Assembly: GCA_013289165.1 (NCBI GenBank)
Contig: JABDAL010000002.1
Coordinates: 3,278-67,277 of the forward strand
Length of the DNA stretch: 64,000 bases
DNA from: Bacteroidota bacterium
GTDB taxonomy: Bacteria > Bacteroidota > Bacteroidia > JABEUT01
Direction of reading: 5' to 3'
This document shows positions 39,901 through 48,620 of the stretch, piece after piece (the first letter of the stretch is position 1; each line of letters starts with the position of its first letter). The notes under the pieces were generated by a model that saw only the letters and a list, made by a program, of their open reading frames with translations, made no database searches and was not told the origin of the DNA. The position numbers and the translations under genes are program-made.

Positions 39901-40024
39901 CAAAAGTACCGGAATTTATAGGGCTGTTTTGTTGTGCATCACAAAGAATAGAAAAAGCAAAATAGAAAACGGAAAATGAAAAGGCAAGTTTTTTCATGGT
40001 AGGTATGATATTACATGGGAACAA
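36950..40024 (-). CDS. BNR/Asp-box repeat (sortilin/VPS10-like) glycosyl hydrolase-like secreted protein
   Basis: Multiple S.DGG.TW Asp-box repeats along its 1024 aa, with a signal peptide. The likely start is MKKLAF near 39997. Confidence 0.7.
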   Translation of the reverse strand: MFPCNIIPTMKKLAFSFSVFYFAFSILCDAQQNSPINSGTFDVMQARWLGPGTMSGRITAIVGNAKDGKTVYIGCAGGGVWKTTNAGASFKSVFDKYCQSIGAIAMDPNDMNTVYVGSGESNMRNTVSYGDGLYKTTDGGDNWTKIGLDSTEHISKIVINPSNTQIIYVAVPGPLWSDSKNRGLYKSTDGGTTWQKVLYTDEKTGCADIVMNPQNPDELLVAMWEFRRKPYAFSSGGKGSSMYKSMDGGKTWTKITKGLPEGELGRIALALSPSNPTHILAIVEAKETKLYVSTDGGESWNKQASTLNVEARPFYFSTIAFDPKDDKRVYRPAFELSVSDDGGFSFTDASDEGGWVHSDHHAIWINPLYTNQVWLGTDGGVFLSNDRGLTFTFIQNLPVGQFYHVQYDMKEPYNVYGGLQDNGSWMGPSQWYGGVSNGDWRSLYGGDGFWVQPDPTDSNSVYAEAQGGEAGRVDLKTGLIVSIQPTQTKNEDKLRWNWNSPIYIGAANPHDLYMGAQYLYKSMDQGKQWTRISPDITTNDKNKQKQEESGGLSADNTSAENHCTIFTVAESPFDANYIFAGTDDGNLQITTDGGKTWTNVSDNVKKCGIPAQTWVTSIEPSQFDKNILYATFDNHTYGDFNTYLAKSTDLGNTWTRINSSEFTGFANKIKEDLKNKNLLFLGTERGLFCSIDGGENWFRMKNHIPDYCLVRDIKIHPRTNDLILATHGRGIIIVDDITPIRNMSLQIANKDVFLYPINKMELTYGKYEGAFPEHDGWYSRNSDQIPPIQYYFKKRIMTGDVTVKVFDANGKMLKEITGTKRKGLNKVYWDMRIKGPKTAVGGTKPDGGSFVAPMVLPGIYTVKLFVGDSTYSENINVVASNNGKMTDDDRKAQYDAAMRCMQIHESLASVADSINVTIDAVKAMADNDKSNKKLHVFLDTLKAFKGRLMANTKTSIFADEERLRERITKVYATVCYQEERPSNLQLENIGLLEGEVAKAQVKEKALVAEYDIKWKNRIKVLPSH

Positions 40025-40090
40025 CGAACTATAAGCAATAGATTATAAACTAAAGCGGTATTCTATAATTTATAACTAATAATTTAACTA

Positions 40091-40813
40091 TTACTTTCCT
40101 GCAACCTTCACTGAAGGGCTAAAAATCTTATCGTCTATGGGAGTATTTACCTTTATCACATATGTTTTCATTTCGCCCATATTTGAATTGGTAGACGCCA
40201 TAGGAAATATATACCCGTCATTTGTCTTTTTATAATTGCTACGGGTTTCAGTACCCTCAATATTTTTTCCATTTACAGTGGCTTTCGTCTTAACCTGTAT
40301 TACATAGTACGTATCAGGGTCTATATAATATGTTTCACTTATACTATCTGTAATAGTTACCTTAATTTTATAGGCCTCGGAACCCTCAGTTTCATCTTTA
40401 CCCTCATAGGTTACCTTATATCCTTTATCCTTATAATCTACAAAGGCATCGGTAACATATAGTTCATTTTGTCCTTTTTTCACCTCATCAGCTGTCATTG
40501 GTTCAGGGGTTGTTTGTCCCTGGAAAGGAAGAAAGCCCCATCCGGAATCTGTTCTTTGTATCTGAAAGCCTGTCATGCCCATCACTGTAAACTCGGCACG
40601 TTGAGCTTTTTTATTAATCATCCATACTTTTACAGGAAATTTTATCCCTCCCCCATTTAGGCTGTCTTCTTCGTATATGGTTTTAATTGAATTGAGCTTA
40701 TCCTTTCCGCCCATAGCCGCAATATTTTTGTTGATGATATCGTCAGCAGTCTGAGCCTGCGCACATACAGCCATTCCCAATAGAATGGTGAGAAGAGTCG
40801 ATGTTTTTTTCAT
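40091..40813 (-). CDS. Secreted protein, possibly LolA-like (outer-membrane lipoprotein-sorting) fold
   Basis: Signal peptide and a 240-aa length. This gene-neighbourhood type occurs next to BNR proteins in Bacteroidota. The assignment is weak. Confidence 0.4.
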   Translation of the reverse strand: MKKTSTLLTILLGMAVCAQAQTADDIINKNIAAMGGKDKLNSIKTIYEEDSLNGGGIKFPVKVWMINKKAQRAEFTVMGMTGFQIQRTDSGWGFLPFQGQTTPEPMTADEVKKGQNELYVTDAFVDYKDKGYKVTYEGKDETEGSEAYKIKVTITDSISETYYIDPDTYYVIQVKTKATVNGKNIEGTETRSNYKKTNDGYIFPMASTNSNMGEMKTYVIKVNTPIDDKIFSPSVKVAGK

Positions 40814-41247
40814 GGGAGTGATTTTTTAGATTATTTGCCCAAAAGTAAGAATATTTAAACATTGGGAAATGTTAATGTTGTGTTAATGCAACATTTTATA
40901 ATGCTCCTAATCCTACGTTCATTTTCAGTAGGACGGGGAAATTACACATTTTGTTACAATCTGGCAAAAATCTTAGTCTATAATCATCTGGTGTTTTGGC
41001 ATAAAAAATAAATATTCAGGGTTTTGTCCTAAGTTGCCTTCTTCTTATATAACTTTGTCCCCTCAAATCATTTCCTTTCGTGGAAACTATACTTGGGTTT
41101 CGTTTATTTCTAACTTATCTCCCGCAGCACTGCGGGCGTAATCCAAATGTCTAATAAGCTCCCATTATTTTACTGCTTTATTGCCTGAGGTATGCAAACC
41201 TTGCAGGATAAATTCCCCATGATAGATTTATTGAATATATATACAAA

Positions 41248-43239
41248 ATGACATCAGAACACTTTAAGAAGGTAACTGCCGCCGGCCTGTTAGTTACCAT
41301 TGGAATTATTTTTGGCGACATAGGAACCTCCCCGCTTTATACTTTCCAGCTAATTCTTAAAGATGCCGGCGGGGCATCGAGAGATATTGTTATGGGAGGT
41401 ATTTCCTGTGTGTTTTGGACACTTACCCTTCAAACCACATTTAAATATGTGTTGATGACCCTGCAAGCCGATAACCATGGTGAAGGCGGTATATTTTCAC
41501 TTTATGCGCTGGTTAATAAATTAAGCAAAAAACTATTTTTACCTACTATTATAGGTGCAGGCACACTGCTGGCCGATGGCATTATTACTCCTCCTATCAG
41601 CGTTTCTTCCGCTGTTGAAGGCCTTGGTGGTGTAAAAGGCTGGGAGACTACCATTGTTCCCGGAAACCACTTAGTCATTGGTATTGTACTTGGAATATTG
41701 CTTGCTTTATTCCTTTTCCAACGATTTGGGACAAAGATTGTAGGCGGTTCTTTTGGACCTATCATGTTTGTTTGGTTCGTGATGATTGCAGTTTTGGGGA
41801 CCATGCAAATTGTACAATGTCCACAGATAATAGCTGCGTTAAACCCCATATATGGCTGGAGATTGTTAGTAGATCACCCAAAAGGGTTTTGGCTTTTAGG
41901 CGCTATCTTCCTCTGTACAACTGGTGCCGAGGCTTTGTATTCTGACCTTGGGCATTGCGGCAAAAAAAACATACAGGTTAGCTGGATATTTGTTAAAACT
42001 TCCCTTGTACTAAATTATCTTGGACAAGGAGCTTGGCTCCTCATGCAAAACAAACCAGACGTAGGTGATATAAACCCTTTCTTCTCTATCGTTCCGACCT
42101 TTTTTCTTATTCCAAGCGTTCTCATTGCCACTGCTGCAACAGTCATTGCCAGCCAGGCTCTCATCAGCGGTTCTTATACACTCATCAGCGAAGCTATATT
42201 ATTGAATTTTTGGCCACGGGTTACCGTTAAATACCCTACTAATATCCGCGGACAGATTTATATTCCCAGTATCAACTGGATATTATGCCTGGGGTGTGTG
42301 CTTGTTGTATTGTATTTCCGTACTTCTGAAAACATGGCTGCTGCTTATGGGTTCTCTATTACGATTGCGATGCTCATGACAACTATACTTATGTTCTTTT
42401 TCCTGCGTTACAGACAGCATTATTCATGGTATTTGGTTATACCTATCCTATTAATTTTTGCAACTGTAGAAACATCTTTCTTTATTGCCAATGCAGCCAA
42501 ATTGTTAAAACGGTTTATGTTCCTGGTGTTTGAATTCGGCCTTATTTTTACCATGTATGTATGGTATAAAGCAAGAAAAATTAATAACCGCTTTTTAAAT
42601 TTTGTCAGTATCAGGGAACAAATACCACTGCTAAAAGACCTGAGTGCAGATCAAACTGTCTCTAAGTTTTCATCTAATTTGATATACCTGAGCAAAGCCA
42701 ATAATCCTGCTGAAATAGAGCAAAAGATAATATACTCCATTTTCAGCCGCCAACCAAAGCGGGCCGATATTTACTGGTTTATCCATATTGAACGTACTGA
42801 TGAACCCTATACGCTGGAATATAGTGTGGATGAAATGGAGGATGACAAAGTAATACGTGTTGAATTCAGGCTTGGATTTCGCGTGCAGGCAAGAGTAAAC
42901 GTATTATTCCGAAAGGTAGTAGAAGAAATGGTAGCAAATAAAGAACTGAATATTACCAGCCGTTATCCATCTCTGAAAAAGTATCATCTTGCTTCTGACT
43001 TTAGCTTTGTAATGCTGGAAAAATTCCTTTCGTATGAAAACGAGTTTAGCATTACTGAAAACTTTATTTTACATAGCTATTTCTTTATTAAACACTTTTC
43101 TCAGTCGGAAACAAAGGCATTTGGGTTAGACACCAGTGAAACCCGGATAGAAAAAATACCCCTTATTATAAACCCCGTTAGCAATATCCAAATGAAAAGG
43201 ATAGCCCCCCGGAACTCAAAGAATAAATATGTTTCCTAA
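41248..43239 (+). CDS. kup: Potassium uptake protein, KUP/HAK/KT family
   Basis: GDIGTSPLYT signature, 12 TM helices, and a cytoplasmic C-terminal domain. Confidence 0.9.
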   Translation: MTSEHFKKVTAAGLLVTIGIIFGDIGTSPLYTFQLILKDAGGASRDIVMGGISCVFWTLTLQTTFKYVLMTLQADNHGEGGIFSLYALVNKLSKKLFLPTIIGAGTLLADGIITPPISVSSAVEGLGGVKGWETTIVPGNHLVIGIVLGILLALFLFQRFGTKIVGGSFGPIMFVWFVMIAVLGTMQIVQCPQIIAALNPIYGWRLLVDHPKGFWLLGAIFLCTTGAEALYSDLGHCGKKNIQVSWIFVKTSLVLNYLGQGAWLLMQNKPDVGDINPFFSIVPTFFLIPSVLIATAATVIASQALISGSYTLISEAILLNFWPRVTVKYPTNIRGQIYIPSINWILCLGCVLVVLYFRTSENMAAAYGFSITIAMLMTTILMFFFLRYRQHYSWYLVIPILLIFATVETSFFIANAAKLLKRFMFLVFEFGLIFTMYVWYKARKINNRFLNFVSIREQIPLLKDLSADQTVSKFSSNLIYLSKANNPAEIEQKIIYSIFSRQPKRADIYWFIHIERTDEPYTLEYSVDEMEDDKVIRVEFRLGFRVQARVNVLFRKVVEEMVANKELNITSRYPSLKKYHLASDFSFVMLEKFLSYENEFSITENFILHSYFFIKHFSQSETKAFGLDTSETRIEKIPLIINPVSNIQMKRIAPRNSKNKYVS

Positions 43240-43250
43240 ATCCTTTGCTA

Positions 43251-44168
43251 CTATTTATTCCTAAGCTGGGAAAGTTCTTTAAAAAGGCTTATTTCTTTTT
43301 CGGTAAGGTTTTTAGGCAACATTATCTGAACTTTCGCATACAGGTCGCCAAACTCATCCGCCTTTCCAAATTTTGGCATACCAAGACCTTTCAACCGCAT
43401 TACTTTGCCATTATCTGTACCTGCCGGGATATCAATTCGTATATTTCCTTTTAGCGTAATGATAAGTTGCTTCCCTCCCAGTATAGCTGTGTAAAGTTGC
43501 ACAGGAACATCGCAATAAATATCATCTTCCTTTCTTTCAAAATGAGGATGTGGAGGAATAATTATTGTAAGATAAATGTCACCTTTAGTCCCGCCGTTCA
43601 TACCCGGCCCACCTCTTTCTTTTATTCGCAGTACCTGCCCGTTTTTTACTCCGGGCTTTAATTTCATCTGGAGAGTTTTCCCGTTTACTTCTATTCTGCG
43701 GGTTGAACCATGGTATGCATCTTCGAGTGATAATTCAATTTCAGCACTATAGTCCTGCCCTTTCATTTTTACATTGCTGCGCCTGCTAAAACCTCCTCCA
43801 CCAAAGAGTGATTCAAAAAAACTTGAAAAATCACCTTCACTTCCAAAGGTATCCTGACCATAATAAGAACCTGACTGACCCTGCTGTTGGGATGTCCACT
43901 TCGACCAGTCAAAATTATCTTCGGGGCGCCCCTGCTGCCTATATTGATTCCAGTTTTCGCCTAATTCATCATACTTTTTTTTCTTCTCCGTGTCACTTAA
44001 TACTTCATTCGCCTCATTTATTTCTTTAAACTTCTCTTCTGCAGCTTTGTTATTCGGGTTTTTGTCGGGATGATATTTCAGGGCAAGTTTACGGTATGCC
44101 TTTTTAATTTCATCGGCAGTGGCGTTTTTATCAATGCCCAGTATTTTGTAATAATCTTTAAAATCCAT
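43251..44168 (-). CDS. DnaJ-domain protein (CbpA-like co-chaperone)
   Basis: J domain (DYYKILGI...[11 protein letters not shown]) followed by a G/F-rich region and a C-terminal substrate-binding domain. There is no zinc finger. Confidence 0.8.
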   Translation of the reverse strand: MDFKDYYKILGIDKNATADEIKKAYRKLALKYHPDKNPNNKAAEEKFKEINEANEVLSDTEKKKKYDELGENWNQYRQQGRPEDNFDWSKWTSQQQGQSGSYYGQDTFGSEGDFSSFFESLFGGGGFSRRSNVKMKGQDYSAEIELSLEDAYHGSTRRIEVNGKTLQMKLKPGVKNGQVLRIKERGGPGMNGGTKGDIYLTIIIPPHPHFERKEDDIYCDVPVQLYTAILGGKQLIITLKGNIRIDIPAGTDNGKVMRLKGLGMPKFGKADEFGDLYAKVQIMLPKNLTEKEISLFKELSQLRNK

Positions 44169-44503
44169 CCCAGTAAAAATACAACTATTTTAAGTTATGA
44201 AGGGCAAGCCACCTTGCTACAAAGTCATATATAAAACTGACCCCTGTCATGTTTATCGCATTAAGCTAAATATACTTTTGTGTTAAATATTTATGAAATG
44301 ACAGCTATACCAATCATATTAATATTGCTCGGCCTGGGAACCTTGGAAGGTATAGAGTTTAAACAGTATTGGGTAAGAAAAAAACTAGGTGTTAAGTAAA
44401 TCTGTACTCCGGATTACTGACACTTTAACCAATACGCTCGACGCCCTTTCACTCACACAGAATATAGCCTGCTTGCGCCTGAATATGTCCTCGTAATGGA
44501 GTA

Positions 44504-45403
44504 TTAAAGAAATTTAGCAAGCACCAAAATAATCAGTACAAGAGGCAAATAAGCAAACGAACCAAACATTAGCCGCAGCGCATTTTTGTTGGTTCTTTCT
44601 CTATATAATTTATAGGCAAATCCTGCTAAGCCGGCACCGGCAATAACAAGAGCCCAGGTTGCATTTATTCCGGCTGACTGATACATATATAAAAGCAATC
44701 CGGCAGGAATAATGAGAAAGGTAGAAAGCAGGATAATAATCGCGGAGGCTTTATTCCTTCCACCGGCAGTGGGAAGCATTTTAATACCCGCTTTATTATA
44801 TTCTTCGTCCAACAGCCAGGCAATAGACCAAGTATGAGGGAATTGCCAAATAAACTGAATGGCGAAAAGAATAACAGCTCCTTTGGTAATTTCACCATTG
44901 GCAGCTACACAGCCAATGACAACCGGTAAAGAACCTGCTACCGCACCGGGAAAAATAGTAAGAGGGGTGACTTTCTTAAGAGGGGTATAGACGCCGGCAT
45001 ATATCAGCATAGCAGCCACTCCTAAAAGTCCACACAAGATATTTATTTTAAAAAGTAACAGAGAACCCGCTACAGCTAATGTAATTCCAAAAACTAATGC
45101 TTCACTAACTTTCATACGTCCATCGGGCAGAGGACGCACTAGGGTACGTTTCATCAACTTATCAGAATCCTTCTCAATAATCTGGTTGAAAGTATTGGCA
45201 GCACCGGTAATAAAAAATCCGCCAATGGAGAGCATCCAAATAATTAATGGCTCTACATGACGGTCAGTAGCCCAAAGATATGCCATTGATGCTGAAAAAA
45301 CTACTAGGAATGATAACCTGACTTTTATAAGCTGGGTATAATCAGAAAAACGGGCTAGGATTGTTTTCACGGGGTGCAAAGATATACTACTTAATGATTC
45401 CAT
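44504..45403 (-). CDS. cyoE: Protoheme IX farnesyltransferase (heme O synthase)
   Basis: UbiA-family TM pattern with Asp-rich motifs. The likely start is MESLSS; the track ORF extends to 45613. Confidence 0.75.
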   Translation of the reverse strand: MESLSSISLHPVKTILARFSDYTQLIKVRLSFLVVFSASMAYLWATDRHVEPLIIWMLSIGGFFITGAANTFNQIIEKDSDKLMKRTLVRPLPDGRMKVSEALVFGITLAVAGSLLLFKINILCGLLGVAAMLIYAGVYTPLKKVTPLTIFPGAVAGSLPVVIGCVAANGEITKGAVILFAIQFIWQFPHTWSIAWLLDEEYNKAGIKMLPTAGGRNKASAIIILLSTFLIIPAGLLLYMYQSAGINATWALVIAGAGLAGFAYKLYRERTNKNALRLMFGSFAYLPLVLIILVLAKFL

Positions 45404-45461
45404 CGTGATCAATATTATCCATTTAATAAAATGCTGCTCACTATTCTTTAATCTGCCTGCT

Positions 45462-46004
45462 ATGAAGCGCCTTAAATTGATAGCGTATCTTTGTGCTGCC
45501 ATGAATGATAAACTGAACCGAATGCTGGAACTGGTGGGCGATTTTTTCGATGTGAAAAATGACCCCGAACAGCTCAGTATTACAGATGAAGTAATGAATA
45601 AGCTACATGCCATTCATCCTTCCACCATGTCTGAATATAATGAGGGTGACGGACCTATAGTTTGGATACTATTAATACCTGTCAGGGAGGCAACCATGAA
45701 CTGTTTTCTAAAAGGAGATATTTCAGAAACACAGCTGTTCGAAGAAACATCGCCCAGAGAAAAGTACGATGCCGTCTACTTATGTTCAGCTTCAGTGTTG
45801 CAGGAATACAGGGGGAAAGGATTGGCAAAAAAGCTGACTGTTGATTCTATCAATGAAATTAGTAAACAACATTCCATAAAAACACTTTTTTATTGGCCTT
45901 TCAGTAAGGAGGGCACTTCATTGGCAGAAAGTATTGCCAAGAAGGTTAACCTCCCTCTTTATACACGTGAATCCAGTTCCACATCATATGCAGCAAAATT
46001 GTGA
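45462..46004 (+). CDS. Hypothetical protein, possibly GNAT-like
   Basis: The likely start is MKRLKL. QEYRGKGLAKKL resembles an acetyl-CoA binding loop. The assignment is weak. Confidence 0.35.
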   Translation: MKRLKLIAYLCAAMNDKLNRMLELVGDFFDVKNDPEQLSITDEVMNKLHAIHPSTMSEYNEGDGPIVWILLIPVREATMNCFLKGDISETQLFEETSPREKYDAVYLCSASVLQEYRGKGLAKKLTVDSINEISKQHSIKTLFYWPFSKEGTSLAESIAKKVNLPLYTRESSSTSYAAKL

Positions 46005-47223
46005 TATTGCTATAATTGGTGGCGGGGCTGCAGGTTTTTTTGCAGCTATTTCCTGTAAAACACATAACCCCAGTACGAGAGTCACCCTTTATGAAAAGAC
46101 GGATAAGCTGTTGGCAAAAGTAAAGATTTCAGGAGGGGGGAGATGTAATGTTACACATGCTTGTTTCAGTAATTCCCAACTTTCAGGTTTTTATCCACGT
46201 GGGGGCAAACAGCTCAAAAAAGCATTCTCGCAATTTACTACTACAGACACCATAAAGTGGTTTGAAGGCAGGGGTGTTCGCCTTAAAACCGAAGAAGATG
46301 GAAGAATGTTCCCCGTTACAGACAGCTCACAAACCATTATCAACTGCCTGATACGGGAAGCGGAAAAGCTGGGCATAGATATTCAAGTCCATCAAACCCT
46401 ATTAGATATTGAACAGGAGAATAACAAATTCAAATTACGATTTCGCGACAACACCATCTACGCCGATAAAGTGATTGTTGCCAGTGGGGGTTCTCCTAAA
46501 CTTGAAGGATTTGACTGGCTAAAAAAACTTGGACATATTATTGAGCCCCCTGTTCCCTCCTTATTTTCTTTCAATATGCCCGATGAACCTGTTAAATCAT
46601 TAATGGGAATATCCGTTGAAAATGCAAGTATCCGAATTCAAGGAACCAAACTTAGAACAGAGGGAGCCCTATTAATAACCCATTGGGGAATGAGCGGACC
46701 TGCCATCCTTAAACTTTCAGCCTGGGCAGCAAGAACACTTAAGGAGCTTGACTATTCATTCACTGTACAAGTTAACTGGCTTGGAAATATGAATGAGGAC
46801 GAGGCCCGTAAGATATTGATGGAAGAAATAACAGCACATCCAAAGAGACAGCTAAACAATGGCAATCTCTTTTCTTTGCCCAACAGGCTATTTATTTTTT
46901 TGTTATCAAAGCTTGAGATTAATCCCGATATTACGATGGAGGAACTGGGTAAGAAAAGCCAGAACAGGTTATTGAATACCCTTCTGAATGATGAATATAA
47001 AGTACGAGGCAAAACTACTTTTAAAGAAGAATTTGTTACTTGTGGAGGTATCAGCTTAACTAATATTTCTTTAGATACCATGGAAAGCAACATATGCCCG
47101 GGGCTTTATTTTGCAGGAGAAGTACTGGATATCGATGGCATTACCGGAGGATTTAACTTCCAGGCGGCATGGACCACCGGGTTCATTGCAGGAAAATTAC
47201 TTTCAAAACAGATAATCGGGTAG
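45988..47223 (+). CDS. NAD(P)/FAD-dependent oxidoreductase, HI0933/BaiN-like flavoprotein
   Basis: CDIAIIGGGAAGFFAAI dinucleotide-binding motif and a length of about 410 aa. It overlaps the upstream ORF. Confidence 0.7.
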   Translation: MQQNCDIAIIGGGAAGFFAAISCKTHNPSTRVTLYEKTDKLLAKVKISGGGRCNVTHACFSNSQLSGFYPRGGKQLKKAFSQFTTTDTIKWFEGRGVRLKTEEDGRMFPVTDSSQTIINCLIREAEKLGIDIQVHQTLLDIEQENNKFKLRFRDNTIYADKVIVASGGSPKLEGFDWLKKLGHIIEPPVPSLFSFNMPDEPVKSLMGISVENASIRIQGTKLRTEGALLITHWGMSGPAILKLSAWAARTLKELDYSFTVQVNWLGNMNEDEARKILMEEITAHPKRQLNNGNLFSLPNRLFIFLLSKLEINPDITMEELGKKSQNRLLNTLLNDEYKVRGKTTFKEEFVTCGGISLTNISLDTMESNICPGLYFAGEVLDIDGITGGFNFQAAWTTGFIAGKLLSKQIIG

Positions 47224-47288
47224 TGCTTTACAATAATTGTCTATCAAACTGGTTATTGTGAGGGATATAGTATTTTTGTAAACTATAT

Positions 47289-48161
47289 ATGCGTATAAAA
47301 ATATTTTTGATTATTATCATTTCCCTGCTGGGTTTTCCTATAATGAACGCCCAAGATACGGCTCATGCTGCCAAACAGAATGTTCATCAGAATACTACGC
47401 ATAAACCACAAACTCCTAAAAAAGATACTTTAACCCATATCCCTAAACCAAGCATTCCACCCAAATACAAGCGTACGGGGTATGCAGCCCTGATGTATGG
47501 ATATGGGTCGACAACGGGCTCATTTGCAACAAATGCATTTGCCAGCAGGGGTTCTGTTGCTTCTATAAGCGTTGCATTCCCGGGGATAATTTCTCATGGT
47601 GGTATCGCATTTAAGTTTGATTATGGAAGAAATGCCCTTGATACAACTCAGTTCCTGAACAACATATATAACAGTTTTAATTTACCCTATACTACTTATA
47701 CCTTTCCGGGCATGGTAGTAAACTATTCATATAAAACAGCCTTAACCGGCTTATACCTGACCTATCCAAGCAAACATTTTACGATTGATGTCCGGGTTCT
47801 TGGAGGCGTTATGGTTGCCACGATACCAGCCGAAACAGTTTATATTTCCAAACCAGTTTATGGAGGCGACATAAGAGGTACCTTTAACGAGTATGAATCT
47901 GAGAGTACTGCCTTTGCTATTGATTTCGGAATGGAAGTACGTTATCTCCTCCGGCCAAGGCTTTCCATTATTGCGAGTGTGGATTATTTACATGCTGCTC
48001 CCTCATTTACAGTTGTTACAGCAGGAACCATTGCATCGTCGAATGGAAACCTTGTGAATGGCAATAATGAAACAGTTTCTTCCCAGCCCTTTGATTTATA
48101 TAACCTTTCCTTAGGAATAGGGTATACCATCTCCGCACAAAAGCAGGCTATCCCCCGGTAA
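47289..48161 (+). CDS. Hypothetical outer-membrane beta-barrel protein
   Basis: Signal peptide, alternating beta-strand pattern, and a C-terminal aromatic-x-aromatic pattern. Confidence 0.4.
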   Translation: MRIKIFLIIIISLLGFPIMNAQDTAHAAKQNVHQNTTHKPQTPKKDTLTHIPKPSIPPKYKRTGYAALMYGYGSTTGSFATNAFASRGSVASISVAFPGIISHGGIAFKFDYGRNALDTTQFLNNIYNSFNLPYTTYTFPGMVVNYSYKTALTGLYLTYPSKHFTIDVRVLGGVMVATIPAETVYISKPVYGGDIRGTFNEYESESTAFAIDFGMEVRYLLRPRLSIIASVDYLHAAPSFTVVTAGTIASSNGNLVNGNNETVSSQPFDLYNLSLGIGYTISAQKQAIPR

Positions 48162-48179
48162 GTAATTATCAACTTGTCT

Positions 48180-48206
48180 ACTGCCAGGTCGGGCAGGATT
48201 TTTTAC
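48180..48206 (+). terminator. Rho-independent terminator
   Basis: ctgcc-aggtcg-ggcag hairpin followed by attttttac. Confidence 0.4.
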
Positions 48207-48240
48207 AAAAAACCCAACAAAATTCTACTAAACTCAAAAA

Positions 48241-48541
48241 CGGTTATGTCACGGTTTTTTACGAAACGGGCATGACATATCTTCCATTACCGTAAGATTT
48301 ACAACAAGTTGTATTCGTCACAGTTTTTAAGGTACCGTGACATATATTTTTATACTGTAAGTGTATAGCATTTATATAGTAAATTTTACTATTATATTTT
48401 ATTGATTACCTGCATATTCACACAATAACATAAACAAACACATGAAGGCAGCCTCCCGTTACATATACAAATACAACCGTGACATAAAACCCACAAATAA
48501 CAGGCTACCAATTAATTTAATCGTGACATAACCGTGACATA
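48241..48541. mobile_element. MITE-like element of about 300 bp with inverted termini and subterminal CCGTGACATA decamer repeats
   Basis: cggttatgtcacg (48241-48253) is the reverse complement of cgtgacataaccg (48522-48534). Decamer copies occur at 48335-48344, 48477-48486 and 48532-48541, with near-copies at 48270-48279 and 48456-48465. The left 45 nt match the block at 11594-11640 next to the IS1595-family transposase. Confidence 0.5.
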
Positions 48542-48620
48542 TTTCATAAACTGAATGTAATATTCTATGCTTAATAAGCAGGTAATTTTGTTATATTTGT
48601 ATGATATTTCAATTCCCACC

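Noticed and set aside
48236-48545. Possible CRISPR array suggested by repeated CCGTGACATA
   Set aside because: The repeat unit is only 10 bp, the spacing is irregular (11-140 bp), and some copies are inverted. No cas genes are present. It is not a CRISPR.
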